A stretch of 64,000 nt of DNA, from the NCBI RefSeq assembly GCF_009914755.1, contig NC_060938.1. One strand, written 5' to 3'. Under the pieces are notes generated by a model. That model did not search any database, was not told the origin of the DNA, and was given only the letters and a program-made list of their open reading frames with translations. Positions 61,961 through 64,000 of this stretch are shown piece after piece. Both the position numbers and the translations under genes were made by a program. The stretch is from the human T2T-CHM13v2.0 reference genome, Homo sapiens. Every line of letters begins with the position of its first letter. Position 1 is the first letter of the stretch.

Positions 61961-62399
61961 TCACTTATGCACTTTGGTTACACATGACTATTAAGCTTGC
62001 TCCTTCAATTTCTGGCAGCTTTCTTGAACAGACATAAAAGTTTGAGATACTTATTTAAAGTTTTCACTTACTCTTTAGAAGTCAACAGGTTTATAAAAAA
62101 AAAAAACAGTACACAATTATTGTACTACAAAAATGACCATTTACTCTGCCCGGGCACTGTTGTAATGATTTATGTATATTACCATTCTTAATCTTCCCAT
62201 GAGATTCATGAGGAACCACCCTAGGAGGTAAGTCCTGTTAAAAGCCCCATTTGACAAGTGAGTAAACTAAAGCACAGAGATTTAGAAACTTTGCTAAGCA
62301 TTTATCAATGTCACTCTAAAGTGCCAAGTCTAAGAGAGAGCTAGGAGACAATTTCCAATTAGGAGATATTAGCATTCCTTTTTGGAACATTCATTCAAC

Positions 62400-62548
62400 T
62401 TCTTTTTCTTTCTTTCTTTTTTTTTTTTTTTTAAGAGATAGGTTCTTTCTATGTTGTCCAGGTTGGTCTCAAACTCCTGGGCTCAAGCCTTCATCCACCT
62501 CAACCTCCTAAGTAGCTGGGACTATAGGCACGTGCCATTGTGCTCAGC
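62400..62548 (-). mobile_element. Alu monomer (FLAM-like) in SEL1L intron 16
   Basis: Poly(T) plus a single arm. Confidence 0.8.
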
Positions 62549-62808
62549 TTATATATTTTTTTGATGCTGATTATTATCAGATACTGTCTTAGGTGCTAGA
62601 GATACTGCAGACACCAGTATCTCCCCTTATACAGTTGATTGTAATAGGGAGACACTGAATAAATAAGTATGGTAATTACACACAGACCCCTCGGTCTTCC
62701 CTCAGTATATCAAAGCTAGGTAGGCTGAGTCTAGAACTACAGAAGAAAACATACAAAAAAACCAGAATTGAAAGCGCAGACTTTCCTGCTGGGCAAATCA
62801 ACTCCCTA

Positions 62809-63027
<219 letters not shown>

Positions 63028-63295
63028 TTAGCTAAGTATCAGAGAAGGCTTATATATGAAGAATAAAACTCTAATGAAAGAATTCTTACTGAGTAAATAT
63101 GTGAATCTAATACAAGCTAACACACTGATACAGATTAATATAATTTACAATGAAAAACAAGATGTACAAATCATTGAACTGGGAGAACATTTAACCAGCC
63201 AGAATTTGATAGCACCCATTTCCACATCATAATGCCATCTAGTAGAAAACAGCTTAATTTAGATCTTGGTGTATCCATCATTAATTCCAGTGTTA

Positions 63296-63403
<108 letters not shown>

Positions 63404-64000
63404 TCATATGATGAGAAAGCTCAAAAGGCAGACATACTCAAAAGTTAAGAGATTTATTTAAAAAAATGAACAAAGCATATAAAAAAATATTCCCAAAGAG
63501 CCATTAAAAAGACCACTTTCTAATTCTTATAATAGATAATAATATACATTAAGTCATAGGGGGATTAATATTTAAGGTGGTGAAGAAAAGTAAATAGAGT
63601 TTTTGTGAAACAATTTGTATGCTGCTCTCAGAAAGCATAAAAACTAGTAGAACATCAGACCAGGAATTAAGAAACAGTCAATCTTCTCTGCTAACCAATC
63701 AACCCTTTTTAAACCTCAATTTTCCTAAAATTAAAGAAAGAAAATTATCTCCTTATTCATTTATTCCGTGTACCTTACCAAACACTACGACTATTATACT
63801 TCAAAGGTCATATGTATCCAAGAAGAAAAGTTAAAATAAAGGTTACTACTGAATTTTAGTGTCCTAGAATGACTAGAAGGCCGCAAAATGAGAACACATT
63901 ACTGTCTTTTGTGTTAGAGAATACCTATAGATATTAAAAACCTAGCTCTTAAACCTAGCTCTTAGTTTCAGCCTCAAATTAAAAGCACATATTACTTGGA

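Overview
Primate (human-type) genomic DNA, Alu-rich; no prokaryotic features. The right end carries the last seven coding exons of SEL1L, the HRD1 adaptor in ER-associated degradation, on the minus strand. Spliced, they give 990 nt of open frame (329 aa plus stop) with consistent phases and GT-AG sites, followed by a ~4.0-5.4 kb 3'UTR. A CpG island at ~10.4-11.75 kb is a minus-strand promoter and first exon; by locus knowledge (SEL1L neighbour on 14q31) this is STON2, with a probable MIR-derived second 5'UTR exon at 1910-2020 that carries an upstream AUG. The ~35 kb between the genes holds a probable spliced minus-strand lncRNA, a full-length older SVA with target-site duplications (TSDs), a 1.2 kb AT-rich VNTR/palindromic array inside a nested Alu, a strong CTCF site with its upstream module, about 35 Alus, and MaLR, MER, L1, L2 and MIR relics. 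Apart from SEL1L, the ORF track consists of Alu-, SVA- or GC-rich artefacts. I found no clearly new biological system; the best leads are regulatory or structural and are listed as hypotheses.
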